From positions 4,416,001-4,480,000 of the forward strand of contig OZ244561.1 of the NCBI GenBank assembly GCA_965217585.1: 64,000 bases of DNA, given 5' to 3'. Below, piece after piece: positions 50,805 through 61,475 of this stretch. Every line of letters begins with the position of its first letter. The first letter of the stretch is position 1. A model generated the notes under the pieces. The model saw only the letters and a program-made list of their open reading frames with translations. It ran no database searches and was not told where the DNA came from. Origin of the DNA: Candidatus Latescibacterota bacterium. GTDB lineage: Bacteria > Latescibacterota > UBA2968 > UBA8231. A program made the position numbers and the translations under genes.

Positions 50805-53546
50805 TCACTCGCCAAAACCAGCGTACAGCGTGAGAAAGAGGCTGCTCTCCGTCTGCACCTTGGCCGCGGCCTTCCGATCAACCCGGGCGATGTGGATACC
50901 CGCCTGGCCCCACAAGTCGTAGCCCAAGTAGGCCACGTTGTTGGTGAGTTGGAGAGCGTAGATCAGCTCATTGCGATCCGAGCGGACCGGATCGTTCTCG
51001 AGGATATCCCTGAACTGGTTGACGTAAAAGTATTCTAGGCCGACCTGCAGGGTGGTCCTGGATAGAATCGAAATGCGGCCTATCAGGGACAAAAGCTCCC
51101 GTAGTTCGGTGGTAGCCACGCGGATCTGTTCTTCTTTGCGGGTGGGCCGGTGGCGCAAAAACTCGTTCTTCCAGCGCGGCTCCAGCCGCAGAGCGCCCAA
51201 GTTAAAGGTGTATTCCGCCTTGTTGATGACCCCCCACAGGCTGGCCAGCTCGCGGATGTTCTGCTGCTTGAAAGGCCGCTCATCGAAGTCCACTTGGCGG
51301 AAGAACTCGTATTTGAAGCGGTTGACAAAGCGCAGGTTATCCGCGGCGTACTGGTAGCCCAAGTAGAGGGTATTGGCCCAGGCATTGCGGGCGGGCAGGG
51401 GGTCTTCGAAGGGCACGAAATCTCCTCGCGACCCCTCCCGGAGCACCCACTCTATCACGTTGTCGCGGATATCGTCCTCAATCCGGCGCAGATTGTCGTA
51501 GAACTGCAGCCGTCCTAGCCGCGGAAAATCCTTCTCGTAGATCAGCAATAGATAGGAACTTTTGTTCCGCCGATCATCCGCCAATTGCCACTCGCGCTGG
51601 TGTCCCACGCTCAGACGGGCGTCGGGGCCCAGACTGGAACCGACGTAGATATTGTAGCCCTGTCGATCCCGCTTGTAGAGATAGTCCGGCTGGATGTCGT
51701 TCTCAAAGCGATCGACAATGCCATTGTTGTTCATGTCGATCCCAAAGAGATAGTCCGGCCGATCCGAACTGTAGCGCAGGAAGGGCTCTTCGTAGTCGGG
51801 GATGGTGTTGGGACGCCGGAGATTGTCATTCTGGTTGAAGTCGACGATGAAGTCTCTGTTCTCATCCCAGCCCGGAAAGATTTCGGTGTCGCGGGTGAAA
51901 CCGCGGCGGAACCAGTCGGGGAAGCGGTCTTGGTCGTCGTTGTCCTCGACAAATTCGTAGACAAACTGGCGGTTGTCGTCGTAGAGGATCGGTGCCAGAT
52001 CGTTCTGGATGCCCGCCAAGAAAGTGCTGGTACTGTAGTTTGGATCCATGCTGTAGGCTTCGGCAAAAAAGAACAGAGGATGAGCCCGTTTGTACAGATT
52101 CAGAAACCAAGCGTCCCCGCTCTCCTGAGAAGGCGTGTGTTCGGTCACATCGGTTTCCAGCCGGCGTGGATAGCGCTTGTGTTGCCGGTTGTGGGCGAAT
52201 TCGCCCGCTAGGAAAAATCCGTGCGCATTTTCCACATCGAGGGTAAAACCGAAGATTTCGTTGCCTACGGGCAGCCCGTACTGGAGGGAGATAAAACGCT
52301 GGTTGGAGCCGTCCTGGACATTGCCCGGAGCGCGAATTGTGCGCTCGGGAATGCCCTCGGACAGCGTCACCGGTTGTTGGATCCGGTTCACCTGGCGGTT
52401 GGAGGTCAGGTCAATGCGATAGTCATTGGCCAGCAGCAGCACGAATTCGACGCTCTTGATCCGATCGGGAGCCGGGCCAAAGGCTTGGCGGTACTCCGGA
52501 CCCTCCAGATCGTATATCAGGGTTATGACTTCGCTGCCATCGGCTGAGAGAAAGCCTTCCTGGCGGAAGCCACCCTGGATAGTGGGAAAAAAGTTGAGGA
52601 TGGAATTGCCGTCCAAAGGACGGCGGTTGCTAAAGCGCTTGCCGTCGATATTGGTGATAATGATCTCTTCTTGGAAGAAGGCCGTACCGCCATCGCCGTC
52701 TTCGGGCGAGTCGTCGCTCAGGCGGATCTCAATGCGCGTTACATCGTTGTTCTGCCCTTCGGTCAAGGTGCCCCTGAACGGGTTTCCCGAGAAGGCCTGA
52801 TTCTTGGTCTGTGCATTGAAGGCGCTGACATAGGTCGTCCCCAACTGGACGAAATCACCCACCTGGATGGTGCCGCGACCTCCCAGTAGATTGGTATCAT
52901 TGGAGCGCTCACCGGCTCCGGAGGGGCCTAGGTCGCCGACTGCTCCGGCCGCGCTGGGACGCGAGGCAAGGAGGGTGAACTCGTACTTGTCGCTGGCGAA
53001 ATCGAACTGCATACCAGTAAAGCTGGGTTTGGAAAAGGTCATGGGCGTCAGCGTCGTCCGAATCCTGTCGCCCACGGTCAGGCTGTAGAAATACTGGCCC
53101 TTTGAGTCCGAGGCGATCACCAAGTTGTTGAACCAGGATCTGAACTCGCTGCCCTTGAACAGGGCATTCCCGGCTACTTGGGGGGTGGAGACGCGCCAGT
53201 CGTATACGAGTTTGCCGCGGGTGATGAAATTGCCGTAGAGATCGTAGAAATAGTCTCCTTCGAGCGAGGTGTTCACGTACCTGAGGTAGCGGCTGCGAGC
53301 GTAGTTGGAATACTGCCACTGGCGCCACTGGAATTCGTAGAACAATTCCTGGGGTACGTACCACTTCTTGACCGCCGGATCCAAGGCATCAAAAAGCACT
53401 CCCGAACCTTTCAATTCATAGGAAATCTCGCCGCCGCGCCGCTCCCCGAGGCGGGTGCCGATTTCCTGGGCTTGGAGCGGCTCCCCTGCGAGCAGGGCGC
53501 ACAGGGCAAAAAAACATACGAAACTTCTACCGTATGGTCCGTGCAC
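50805..53546 (-). CDS. Large exported protein, probable outer-membrane beta-barrel
   Basis: GTG start with GGAGGG RBS; signal peptide; alternating-polarity strands in the C-terminal third (GYNIYVGS, TLYLGYQY, LQVGLEYF, LFLTLYAGFGE); Asp-rich loops. The barrel call is inference. Confidence 0.7.
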   Translation of the reverse strand: MHGPYGRSFVCFFALCALLAGEPLQAQEIGTRLGERRGGEISYELKGSGVLFDALDPAVKKWYVPQELFYEFQWRQWQYSNYARSRYLRYVNTSLEGDYFYDLYGNFITRGKLVYDWRVSTPQVAGNALFKGSEFRSWFNNLVIASDSKGQYFYSLTVGDRIRTTLTPMTFSKPSFTGMQFDFASDKYEFTLLASRPSAAGAVGDLGPSGAGERSNDTNLLGGRGTIQVGDFVQLGTTYVSAFNAQTKNQAFSGNPFRGTLTEGQNNDVTRIEIRLSDDSPEDGDGGTAFFQEEIIITNIDGKRFSNRRPLDGNSILNFFPTIQGGFRQEGFLSADGSEVITLIYDLEGPEYRQAFGPAPDRIKSVEFVLLLANDYRIDLTSNRQVNRIQQPVTLSEGIPERTIRAPGNVQDGSNQRFISLQYGLPVGNEIFGFTLDVENAHGFFLAGEFAHNRQHKRYPRRLETDVTEHTPSQESGDAWFLNLYKRAHPLFFFAEAYSMDPNYSTSTFLAGIQNDLAPILYDDNRQFVYEFVEDNDDQDRFPDWFRRGFTRDTEIFPGWDENRDFIVDFNQNDNLRRPNTIPDYEEPFLRYSSDRPDYLFGIDMNNNGIVDRFENDIQPDYLYKRDRQGYNIYVGSSLGPDARLSVGHQREWQLADDRRNKSSYLLLIYEKDFPRLGRLQFYDNLRRIEDDIRDNVIEWVLREGSRGDFVPFEDPLPARNAWANTLYLGYQYAADNLRFVNRFKYEFFRQVDFDERPFKQQNIRELASLWGVINKAEYTFNLGALRLEPRWKNEFLRHRPTRKEEQIRVATTELRELLSLIGRISILSRTTLQVGLEYFYVNQFRDILENDPVRSDRNELIYALQLTNNVAYLGYDLWGQAGIHIARVDRKAAAKVQTESSLFLTLYAGFGE

Positions 53547-53595
53547 AACACCCTCCTGTCTAGGCTCGAGAGGAATTATCTCGGTAGATAGCGAC

Positions 53596-56500
53596 TCAAT
53601 AGACCACATGAACGGGAAGCACGACCTTTTCGTCGCCTTGGTCGGCTTCGACTTGGATCCGGCACAGATAGATTCCCGGAGGCACCAGCGCCCCGGACGG
53701 ATTGCGTCCATTCCAAGTGAACTGCAGTTCACCTGCTTTGCCGATGCTCTCTATCACCCTTCCCTCCTGCATCTGGACGGCACGGCCGACCAGCCGGCCG
53801 GACAAGTCGTATAGTGCAACTTCGATGGGGCGCTCTTGTAGGATCTGTATCAGAGCGAATTCGATCTGCAACTGATCGTTGACGCCGTCCCCGTTGGGCG
53901 TGACAAAGGGGTTCATTGCCAACACGCGCACCAACTCGTCGGCGGACTGGTCCAGACTGACCCGGACGGCGTTGTGTTCGACCAGCTCAGTGGCGTCCTG
54001 ACCGTCGAATTCGACCTGCTGAAAGTCCATTTCAGGGTTCTGAGAATTGCGCACGGAACTGTGCAATTCCGTCCCGTCCCGGTACATTTTCACGGCCAAC
54101 TGCACCTCGGCAATGGCGTGGGTCTGCCCTCGGTTATCTTTGTTGAGGGAAAAGGGCAGACGAAAGTAGAGCGAATCTGAACCCGTCCGCGCCAGCATTT
54201 GCAGAGACTGGCCCTCGGCATTGCGGAAGAGGCTGTCTCCGGGCACCCGTTGGAAGTAGTCGGTGAAGCGGGTCTCCATGGCCCTGATTGCGGCCTGTAA
54301 GCTGTCCAGCGAAGATGTTTCCCGAACCACCCGCACCTCGCCGAGACGCACCCCCCGCAATGCGGCTGGCTGCTTGGTGAGGATGAGGATTTCGTCGAAT
54401 CCCTCCTGCACCTCCGGCTGCAGCGGATCGGGCCCAGCCGCCCGGATGAAATACGAATAGGTCTGCAATTCCAGCGGGTTGACTTGGCGGGGAGGGCGAT
54501 AGTCCAGCGGCTCGGACTCCAGATCGTGCAAGGGTCGCTCCAGCCCCTGAGGAGTCAGCAAGGCGAGCTCAGCACCTGTGTTCAGGGCCAGCGGCGGGAC
54601 GAGGTCCACGCGGAGCGCTTTGAGGCGAATGGTGGCATTGGGATCTTCCGATTGAAGGTTCACCCGAATCTGTAGGAACTTGCGGGGGTTGGGAGAAGTG
54701 ACCACGGCCTCTCTACGACCCCCAGTTGGCCGGTAGTTCCGGCTCCAAGAACTCCACCCCACAAAAGCCAACTCGCCGTCCCTTTCCGGGGTTTGTCGGG
54801 GAGCCCGACGCAGCTTCTTGCCGTCCTCGTCGATCTTGCCGTCCCCGTCGTTGTCGATAAAATCGATCTGATCTTCGTCTTTTTGGCCGTCCCCATCATC
54901 ATCATTCTTGCTCTTGTGGCGTTTGCTTTGAGGCAGACTCAGCCAGTGGTTCCAGACCCGCCAATTCAGCTCGAGATCTCTATAGCGCTCCGCGTCTATT
55001 TCCGTGCGAACAAAATCTCCTGCCCCGTCATCGACTACCTCGAAATAGGTGAAGAGCGAGTCGGTCTGCTCACTGGTGCGGGTCTGGATTTGCAAGCTGA
55101 CTTCCGGGTGCAGATCGAGGGGTTCGGCCACCTCGATGAAGGCCCCACTCGGATCTTGCCGGCGGACGATGGCCTCACCCTCCCAGGCAATCCTGGACAG
55201 GGTCGTCTGCCGATCTTGGCCCTGGCGCTGCAGGCGGATGGGCTGGGAGTAGAGCCACACGCTGACGGGGTATCCGCTGCCGTACAACTGTAGCTCCGCG
55301 AGATTGCCAAAAGATCCGTAGCGACCGGATTGACGCCCACTGATGTCGATGTCCCGGACCTGTAGGAAGCGAACTTTGCGCCGGGAGAATTCCTCACTGA
55401 ACATCCGCACCTGGGTAGTCCGGTTGTCCACCTTTCCAGCGCTGATGATATTTTCCCACTGCAGCCCGTTTTCCAGTTGAGAGAAGTCCTCCGGGCTCTC
55501 GATTTTGACCGGATTCAACAGAGTGCCGTCCGAGACCAGAAATTCGTGTCCGAGGAAGTAGTTGCCGTTCATAATTACGTACATCTCGTCCGTCCAAAAG
55601 GTCGCCCCCAGGTCAATCCACATAGTCGCCCTAGCATAGAGGGCCGACCACACATTGGCCGTCCACCAGGTATTGTAGAGACCGTCCGTTGACCACCAAG
55701 GGGCACCCCGCCCACCATCCTCATAGGAACTCCCGGCTCGCTTGGTGAGATCGCGCATCAGATTGTCTCCCTTGGTCCACACCTGCACCTCCTGGACGCG
55801 GGGCACTTCCCCCACAAAGTAGCGGATGGGCCCCTTGCGGTCCGGGGATAGACCCTCGTAGACCTCCTCGGACACCTCGGCCAGCAATCCACCCGCGGTC
55901 ACCCGCTGGTAGATCCGCTTGCCCCGCCGTTCCGGCGGCAGGGCCTCGTACACCACCCGAGCCGAATCTCCCTCGCCGATCGAGATCCGGCGGTTAAAGT
56001 CGCTGTCCGTGGCCTTGATTTTGATATAGTGTAGAAAGGAACTCTGCATGTCTGGAAAGCCGTCTAGGTCAAAATCCGCCCGATCGAGAGGCTCCACGGA
56101 GAAGGTGATCTGGCGCCAGCGGCCATCGGTACCCACCGGTTGCAGGTCCCGGTCAGTGGCTTTGCCCAACAGCGTGAATTTGATGTTCTGGCTGTCCGTA
56201 CTCAGCGAAGGCTCGCCCATTGACGCCAGCAACACAAAGGTCTTGAGCGGGTCGCCGAGATCTTCCTCATCCGAGGCACCGGGGAAGACCACGGTGATGC
56301 TGTCCACCACCACTAGCTGACCCAGATCCACTAGGAGTTCCCACGTGCGCAGTCCCTCTGGATTGACATCGCTGGTGGCCGGCTCCCAGTAGGTCGTCAG
56401 ACGGCCATCAATAGCACCAGCAGCCAAGCGGTCGTTGGAAAGACTCGAAGCCCCAGCCGCTACAATTTTCCCATTGGCGCGAATTATATCTTGGTAAAAA

Positions 56501-56772
56501 AGTCGACCTGCCTCGAGAGACGCGTTCTTCTTGTCGGTGAAATACCGGGGGCGAATTCCCTCGCCATCGACGATGAACAAACCCGTGGAGTCCACCGCCA
56601 CGTTCAGGCTGCTGACTAGGTCGTTCTGGTACTCCCAGTTCCGCCAGTGCGAGGGAAGGTCGACGTAAACTGCCTTATCGGTAAGTCGGTACGCCTGCCC
56701 TTGGGCGAGGAGGGGATGGAGCGTTCCTCCCAGAACCAGACTCGAAATGAGCCACAGGATGTACTTTTTCAC
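53596..56772 (-). CDS. Large secreted protein of the paralog family with discoidin-like segments, Asp-rich repeats and type-B-CTD/FlgD-like tail
   Basis: Signal peptide; AIDGRLTTYW, LLVDLGQ, WSTDGLYNTWW, DDDGDGQKDED..DNDGDGKIDED, NPFVTPNGDGVND...WNGRN..G.LVPPGIY. Confidence 0.87.
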   Translation of the reverse strand: MKKYILWLISSLVLGGTLHPLLAQGQAYRLTDKAVYVDLPSHWRNWEYQNDLVSSLNVAVDSTGLFIVDGEGIRPRYFTDKKNASLEAGRLFYQDIIRANGKIVAAGASSLSNDRLAAGAIDGRLTTYWEPATSDVNPEGLRTWELLVDLGQLVVVDSITVVFPGASDEEDLGDPLKTFVLLASMGEPSLSTDSQNIKFTLLGKATDRDLQPVGTDGRWRQITFSVEPLDRADFDLDGFPDMQSSFLHYIKIKATDSDFNRRISIGEGDSARVVYEALPPERRGKRIYQRVTAGGLLAEVSEEVYEGLSPDRKGPIRYFVGEVPRVQEVQVWTKGDNLMRDLTKRAGSSYEDGGRGAPWWSTDGLYNTWWTANVWSALYARATMWIDLGATFWTDEMYVIMNGNYFLGHEFLVSDGTLLNPVKIESPEDFSQLENGLQWENIISAGKVDNRTTQVRMFSEEFSRRKVRFLQVRDIDISGRQSGRYGSFGNLAELQLYGSGYPVSVWLYSQPIRLQRQGQDRQTTLSRIAWEGEAIVRRQDPSGAFIEVAEPLDLHPEVSLQIQTRTSEQTDSLFTYFEVVDDGAGDFVRTEIDAERYRDLELNWRVWNHWLSLPQSKRHKSKNDDDGDGQKDEDQIDFIDNDGDGKIDEDGKKLRRAPRQTPERDGELAFVGWSSWSRNYRPTGGRREAVVTSPNPRKFLQIRVNLQSEDPNATIRLKALRVDLVPPLALNTGAELALLTPQGLERPLHDLESEPLDYRPPRQVNPLELQTYSYFIRAAGPDPLQPEVQEGFDEILILTKQPAALRGVRLGEVRVVRETSSLDSLQAAIRAMETRFTDYFQRVPGDSLFRNAEGQSLQMLARTGSDSLYFRLPFSLNKDNRGQTHAIAEVQLAVKMYRDGTELHSSVRNSQNPEMDFQQVEFDGQDATELVEHNAVRVSLDQSADELVRVLAMNPFVTPNGDGVNDQLQIEFALIQILQERPIEVALYDLSGRLVGRAVQMQEGRVIESIGKAGELQFTWNGRNPSGALVPPGIYLCRIQVEADQGDEKVVLPVHVVY

Positions 56773-56851
56773 CTTGTCTTTTCCTTCCGCTTTGGACCGC
56801 CTTGCCAGGCGTGCTCAACCTGCGGAGCAGATCGTCGAGTATGGAAAGAGT

Positions 56852-59347
56852 CTAATAAATCACCGCTACCTGTTTTAGTGCGACCGACTCCTTAGTATCC
56901 GTATCCCCTCTGATACGCAGCAAATAGATCCCAGGAGGCACGGTTTCGCCGTTCTCGTCTCGGCCATCCCAGGTCTCGGTGTAGCCTCCTGAAGTCAACT
57001 GGAGTTCCCCGATTAGACGCCGGCGGCAGCCAGTCAGATCGAATATTTCCAGACGCACCAGACCAGGCCTTATCAGTCGCAATATATCATAGGAGATGAC
57101 CAGTTCGTCGTTGACCCCGTCTCCATCGGGCGTGAACGGATTGGGAGCGACTCCAACATTGTCCACCAACTCTTTGCCTTGAGCCGAGATATCGGCCACC
57201 ACGCTCAATGAGTTGCGATCCTCCAGCAACTCGGCAGCGGCAAAATTCACTACATTCCCCTCTCCCACTTCCTGGAGCAACAAAAAGCCCAGCGTGTCCG
57301 GACCGGCTTCGTTCTCATTGATGATCACAACTCCTCCGTCGACAAACTCCGTCCGGTCGCGCGCCCCTAGCGTGTCGAGAAAGACATGGGCCTGAAACCG
57401 GGTTCTGAAATCAATCACCCGGCCGATGAATTTCACCCGGATGAGAGCAGTTCGGGAAATCCCGTCTTCCGAGGTCCGCAGCCGCGGCAACTCCACTGCG
57501 AAAAACGGGTCCTCTATAGCCACTTCCTTGAACTCGTCCTCACCCGGCTCTCGCCGATCCCCCAGCGGAATCCGCCGCAGTTCCCGCATTGGGCTATCCT
57601 CCAACTCTACGCTCACCGATTCGATTGCGCGGATCCGTGCCGGAGTACGGATATGCAGCCGGTTGAAGCCCGCATTTTCCGGTGCCAGACTCGTCTGTAG
57701 CGCAAACATGAACAGCGTGTCCCTGCCGGCGATTACATCTGCGGCCGGGGCAATTTCCCCTTTAGCCTCCCGGGCCAGCAGCGGAGTCTCAAATTCAAAG
57801 CGCAGATTGCGGATTGCCGTAGCCGCCCGCGCACTCTCACTGGAGAAGTCGATCCGGACTTGGAAGTAGGGCCGCCCGCTCGGAGCGTTGATAGCGTCTC
57901 CGCTCTCCAGCGGCTGGAAGCCGCTCCAAAAGCGCAGATCCGGCTCTACCTTACTTATCTGATTGCCGGGCAACCCCTGGTACTGTTCGCGCGTGAGACG
58001 CACGGCCAGGCGTTCCTCGTCGCTCAGGGCGCTGAAAATCTCGCGGGCATCCAAGCGCAATTCGAGGGCGTTCAAGTCGACCTGCTGGCCAAAAGTCCCG
58101 GATCCTGTCCGCCGGTCGACGACGAGGGCCCCGCCATCCTCCTGCCGCTGCCACTCGAACTGGTCGTCGAAATCGGTCTTGCGGAACAGGACCTCGGACT
58201 CCTCGGTCAAGCCAGTCTGAAAGCTGAGTACGGCCTGCGACTGGCTTGGATCGCCTATCTTTTCCTCTTCCCAGAAAATCCGTCCCAGGGTGGATGGAGG
58301 AAGCTCCAGAACCCGGGTGACATAGGAGGCGCTGGGCATAAAGCCGTCGGCAAATGCCTCCATTTCCGCCAGATCGTAGTCGAGGTTGGTGTCCACATCC
58401 AGGCGGAAGTAGCGCAGCCGGCGCGGCGGCTCAAAGAAGACCGCCGCAGTGTCCTGCCGGTTGACCGGCACACTCTGCGCAATTACAAAAGTCGGCAGGG
58501 CATCGGCCACCTTGATGTACTTGGGAAAGCCCGGATTGCCGTTCTCCGGATCTTCGAGGTCCAGGCCAGCTATGGGTCTCTCCGTGCCGGGGACTCCCAA
58601 GCGGAGGGTATAGGCCGAGAGCCGCAGTCCCTCGGGTTTGGGATAAAAGCGAATCAGGGACAGAGGAAAAAAGCGATCCAAGTCCACGATGAGAATCATC
58701 TTCTTGACGATATCTTGTCCGGGCCTGTCCACGCGCTCGAAAGAGGTGTGCGGATCGCCGTCGAATATCTCGGCGAACTCCACCTCTTTCTGGTCCTGAG
58801 TGAGAGCGTACTCGAAAAAGCTCGGGCTGAGGAGGTTGATATTCTTGCTGAACTTGGTCTCTACTTCGGTCTTGGGAAAGGACTCGGCCACGTTGATCAA
58901 GACCGGCACCTGCCGCACACCGGCCCGCAGCAAAAGCCGCACATCGTCGATGTTGTCGGGCAGGTTGCTCAGGCGGGGGAACAAGATTTCTCCCACCTCG
59001 ATCACCCGCCCGTTTTCCAGTTCTACTTCCCGCTCGGCCACCACGTCCTGCTGAGCGATATTCCGGGAAAAGCGGAACAGGCGACCCCGCTGATCAGCGC
59101 TCAACACGTCCCCATCGAGGGGAATATCGGGAACCTCTGCTACTCGGCTCGGCTCGAGCGACACGATGCCGTCCGGAGTGCGTCCGAAGTCGATAGAATG
59201 GAAGAATTTGGCCGGTCTAAGGGGAGGCTGCTCTGCCTCCTCCCAGGATATATCTTTGGGAATGGAGAAAATCTGGATCTCGGCTAGGGAAGGACGGGAT
59301 ATTGCGCCGACCAGAAGTAGACAAATCCAGTAGATCCCACAGGGCAT
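56852..59347 (-). CDS. Secreted protein of the paralog family with type-B-CTD/FlgD-like tail
   Basis: Signal peptide; IFDGDPHTSF, IVDLDRFFPLSLIRFYPK, DLAEMEAFADGF, GEIAP, GFNRLHI, NPFTPDGDGVND...WDGRDENGETVPPGIY. Confidence 0.87.
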   Translation of the reverse strand: MPCGIYWICLLLVGAISRPSLAEIQIFSIPKDISWEEAEQPPLRPAKFFHSIDFGRTPDGIVSLEPSRVAEVPDIPLDGDVLSADQRGRLFRFSRNIAQQDVVAEREVELENGRVIEVGEILFPRLSNLPDNIDDVRLLLRAGVRQVPVLINVAESFPKTEVETKFSKNINLLSPSFFEYALTQDQKEVEFAEIFDGDPHTSFERVDRPGQDIVKKMILIVDLDRFFPLSLIRFYPKPEGLRLSAYTLRLGVPGTERPIAGLDLEDPENGNPGFPKYIKVADALPTFVIAQSVPVNRQDTAAVFFEPPRRLRYFRLDVDTNLDYDLAEMEAFADGFMPSASYVTRVLELPPSTLGRIFWEEEKIGDPSQSQAVLSFQTGLTEESEVLFRKTDFDDQFEWQRQEDGGALVVDRRTGSGTFGQQVDLNALELRLDAREIFSALSDEERLAVRLTREQYQGLPGNQISKVEPDLRFWSGFQPLESGDAINAPSGRPYFQVRIDFSSESARAATAIRNLRFEFETPLLAREAKGEIAPAADVIAGRDTLFMFALQTSLAPENAGFNRLHIRTPARIRAIESVSVELEDSPMRELRRIPLGDRREPGEDEFKEVAIEDPFFAVELPRLRTSEDGISRTALIRVKFIGRVIDFRTRFQAHVFLDTLGARDRTEFVDGGVVIINENEAGPDTLGFLLLQEVGEGNVVNFAAAELLEDRNSLSVVADISAQGKELVDNVGVAPNPFTPDGDGVNDELVISYDILRLIRPGLVRLEIFDLTGCRRRLIGELQLTSGGYTETWDGRDENGETVPPGIYLLRIRGDTDTKESVALKQVAVIY

Positions 59348-59468
59348 TGTCGCAAACTCCGAGAAGAAGTGCTACAATCCAATGTCGACGCCGTTTCCAC
59401 AGCAATTATAGTCAATAGTTCAGAGTGTATCAATACGGTTTTATAAGCAATCAATCGGTTGCTATGGC

Positions 59469-61454
59469 TCAAACCCAATAGATGTTGTTGTCCGTCATGC
59501 CGGTGAAATAGTCTATGAGCAGCCATATCCCCGCACAGCTAAACTGTCCGGCGATGAGACCCAAGAAGAAAGGACGAGCCCGCTGAAAGAGCGCCGGTCC
59601 CCCGTACTTGAGGACCAGACCCTTGATGAGCCAGGCCAGAAAGACACTGAACCAGATGTAGTTCGTCATGGCATTGGTGCTGATGGCGAAGCCCAGCGGG
59701 TGCAGGGGCCACCAAGTCAGGTACTGACGGGCAACCATCAACAGGGCCATAATGCCGCCTCCGGCCGCAGTAGCGAGCCAGCCGCCGATATCGGGGCCAT
59801 CGGGGCTGTTGAGTTCGCGACTAACAAAATTGAACGGATAGATCGGCATGCCTGAAGGGCCGAAGAACCAGCCGTTGAGATTGATCCCGCCATAGGAATA
59901 ACTCAGGTAGAGCACCGCCCAGATCGAGGAGACCAGACTGACCACAATGGCCAGGAGCATTGCCCAGAACAGCGCACGCTTGCTACCCGGCAAGTACTCT
60001 TCGGCCAGCTTGAGGCCATTGGCGCAGGAGGCCATGAGCAGGTTGCGCAGACTGGTGGCCCAGACATAGGTCATCCCTAGGACGGTCAGATTCTGGGGGC
60101 CGAGGGTGCTGCTGCCCAAGCCCGAGGTGACAAAAGCCGTGGGGATGAGAGGGGTGCGCGTCGAGGCGACACCGCCTTCGGAGACTACCCGGCTCACACC
60201 GATGCAAAGCAGAAACAAGGCGAATAGGTAGATGGGCACTACCCAGAAGGCCATGCCGGCCTCCAGCAGCCACCAGCCGATAAAGAGATTGCTGACCAGC
60301 AGGCCGAGGACGGCGACTCGATAGGAGAGGATTTCGTCCGAATCGTCGATGCTCGCATCGCCCTGGAAAGCCTTGCGGAAAACCTGAGCAAAATGTCGGC
60401 GCCCCATCCAGAAACCGAAGATCACTAAGACGATTATGGCACCCATGCCCTGATGGGCGACGAGAGGAGACGGCCCGGAAAAATCCAGCACCTCGGTGCT
60501 ATAGACACCCAACATATTGAGGCACCCCTCTTCGATGCGGGCGATCAGGTTAAAGAGCCAAATGCCTAGGGCGATATCCAGATTGACGAAGTACGAAAAG
60601 CCGACCATGGGAAAGCTGAGCGCAATGGTCACCTCGGTGGTCTGCCGGAAGAAGGGGAAGCTGGCGACCAAGTTGATGTCGGGTATGAAGTTGTGATAGT
60701 TGTGCAGGGCGCGCATGGAACCCACAGTGAAAGGAATGGCGAATCCGGTCCACATGATCGGGTTTTTGAAAAAGGGCTTGTAGCGCGAGGTTTGCTCTCC
60801 CTCCGCGAGTATGGCCAAGGGGAGTTGGACCAGGGGAAAGATCAGGCGCTCGTGCTGGATCCACTGGCGCCGCAGGATGACCGTTGTGCAGATCATGGCG
60901 AAGTAGAGGGCTAGGATCGCGGGAAGCCAGCAAAGGAGTGGCTTTATCCAGGCGGACCAAGGGATAGGATAGCCCGTCGGCAATCCCTCGTAGAAGTACT
61001 TGACTGCTTCCCAATCCTGGGGGAACATCCAGCGGCGGGTGTAGGGATGGATCTGCTCGGCCCATGCGTTTTCCGAGTTGGCATAGTAGAGGCCGCCGCT
61101 GATGATGGGGAGAAAATTTTCCGTAAGGCCCAGCGTGGCAATCGAAGAACCCACAAGAGCCATGATGTAGATGACAACCAGTTCGTGGTCGTGGAACTTC
61201 AGCCGGAAGTGCCTTAGGATCGCGGGCACCAAAAGCATAAAAAAGAAAAAGAGGAAGATGGCGCCGGCATTGCTGAAATCGAGCGCCATGTACGAACCCC
61301 GCAACACCATATTGGCATACGGCGCTCCGGCAGCTATGCAGAAAACGAACAGGGAACCGACAAGCAGGGAGAGTAAGGTGACGCGCGGTCTAGGCCCCTC
61401 GGCCGCAGATACCGCCGAACTTTCCGACTTGGCAAGCGGCGTGGTACTTTGCAT
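59469..61454 (-). CDS. DUF6785/DUF6784-like polytopic membrane protein (putative transporter), paralog 2
   Basis: Shares motifs with 12767-14719: YYANSENAW, IPWSAWIKPL, LRRQWIQHERLIFPLVQLP, RVVSEGG, MASCANGLKLAEE, WWPLHPLGF, RPFFLGLIAGQF. Confidence 0.87.
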   Translation of the reverse strand: MQSTTPLAKSESSAVSAAEGPRPRVTLLSLLVGSLFVFCIAAGAPYANMVLRGSYMALDFSNAGAIFLFFFFMLLVPAILRHFRLKFHDHELVVIYIMALVGSSIATLGLTENFLPIISGGLYYANSENAWAEQIHPYTRRWMFPQDWEAVKYFYEGLPTGYPIPWSAWIKPLLCWLPAILALYFAMICTTVILRRQWIQHERLIFPLVQLPLAILAEGEQTSRYKPFFKNPIMWTGFAIPFTVGSMRALHNYHNFIPDINLVASFPFFRQTTEVTIALSFPMVGFSYFVNLDIALGIWLFNLIARIEEGCLNMLGVYSTEVLDFSGPSPLVAHQGMGAIIVLVIFGFWMGRRHFAQVFRKAFQGDASIDDSDEILSYRVAVLGLLVSNLFIGWWLLEAGMAFWVVPIYLFALFLLCIGVSRVVSEGGVASTRTPLIPTAFVTSGLGSSTLGPQNLTVLGMTYVWATSLRNLLMASCANGLKLAEEYLPGSKRALFWAMLLAIVVSLVSSIWAVLYLSYSYGGINLNGWFFGPSGMPIYPFNFVSRELNSPDGPDIGGWLATAAGGGIMALLMVARQYLTWWPLHPLGFAISTNAMTNYIWFSVFLAWLIKGLVLKYGGPALFQRARPFFLGLIAGQFSCAGIWLLIDYFTGMTDNNIYWV

Positions 61455-61475
61455 AGACTGCGCGCTCTGGCGCTG

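Noticed and set aside
57860-59287. Long antisense or alternate-frame ORFs (e.g. 57860-59287, 8845-10116, 13767-14798, 21614-22657, 24919-25833)
   Set aside because: Shadow ORFs expected in GC-rich DNA overlapping well-supported genes; low-complexity R/P/A composition and no recognisable motifs.
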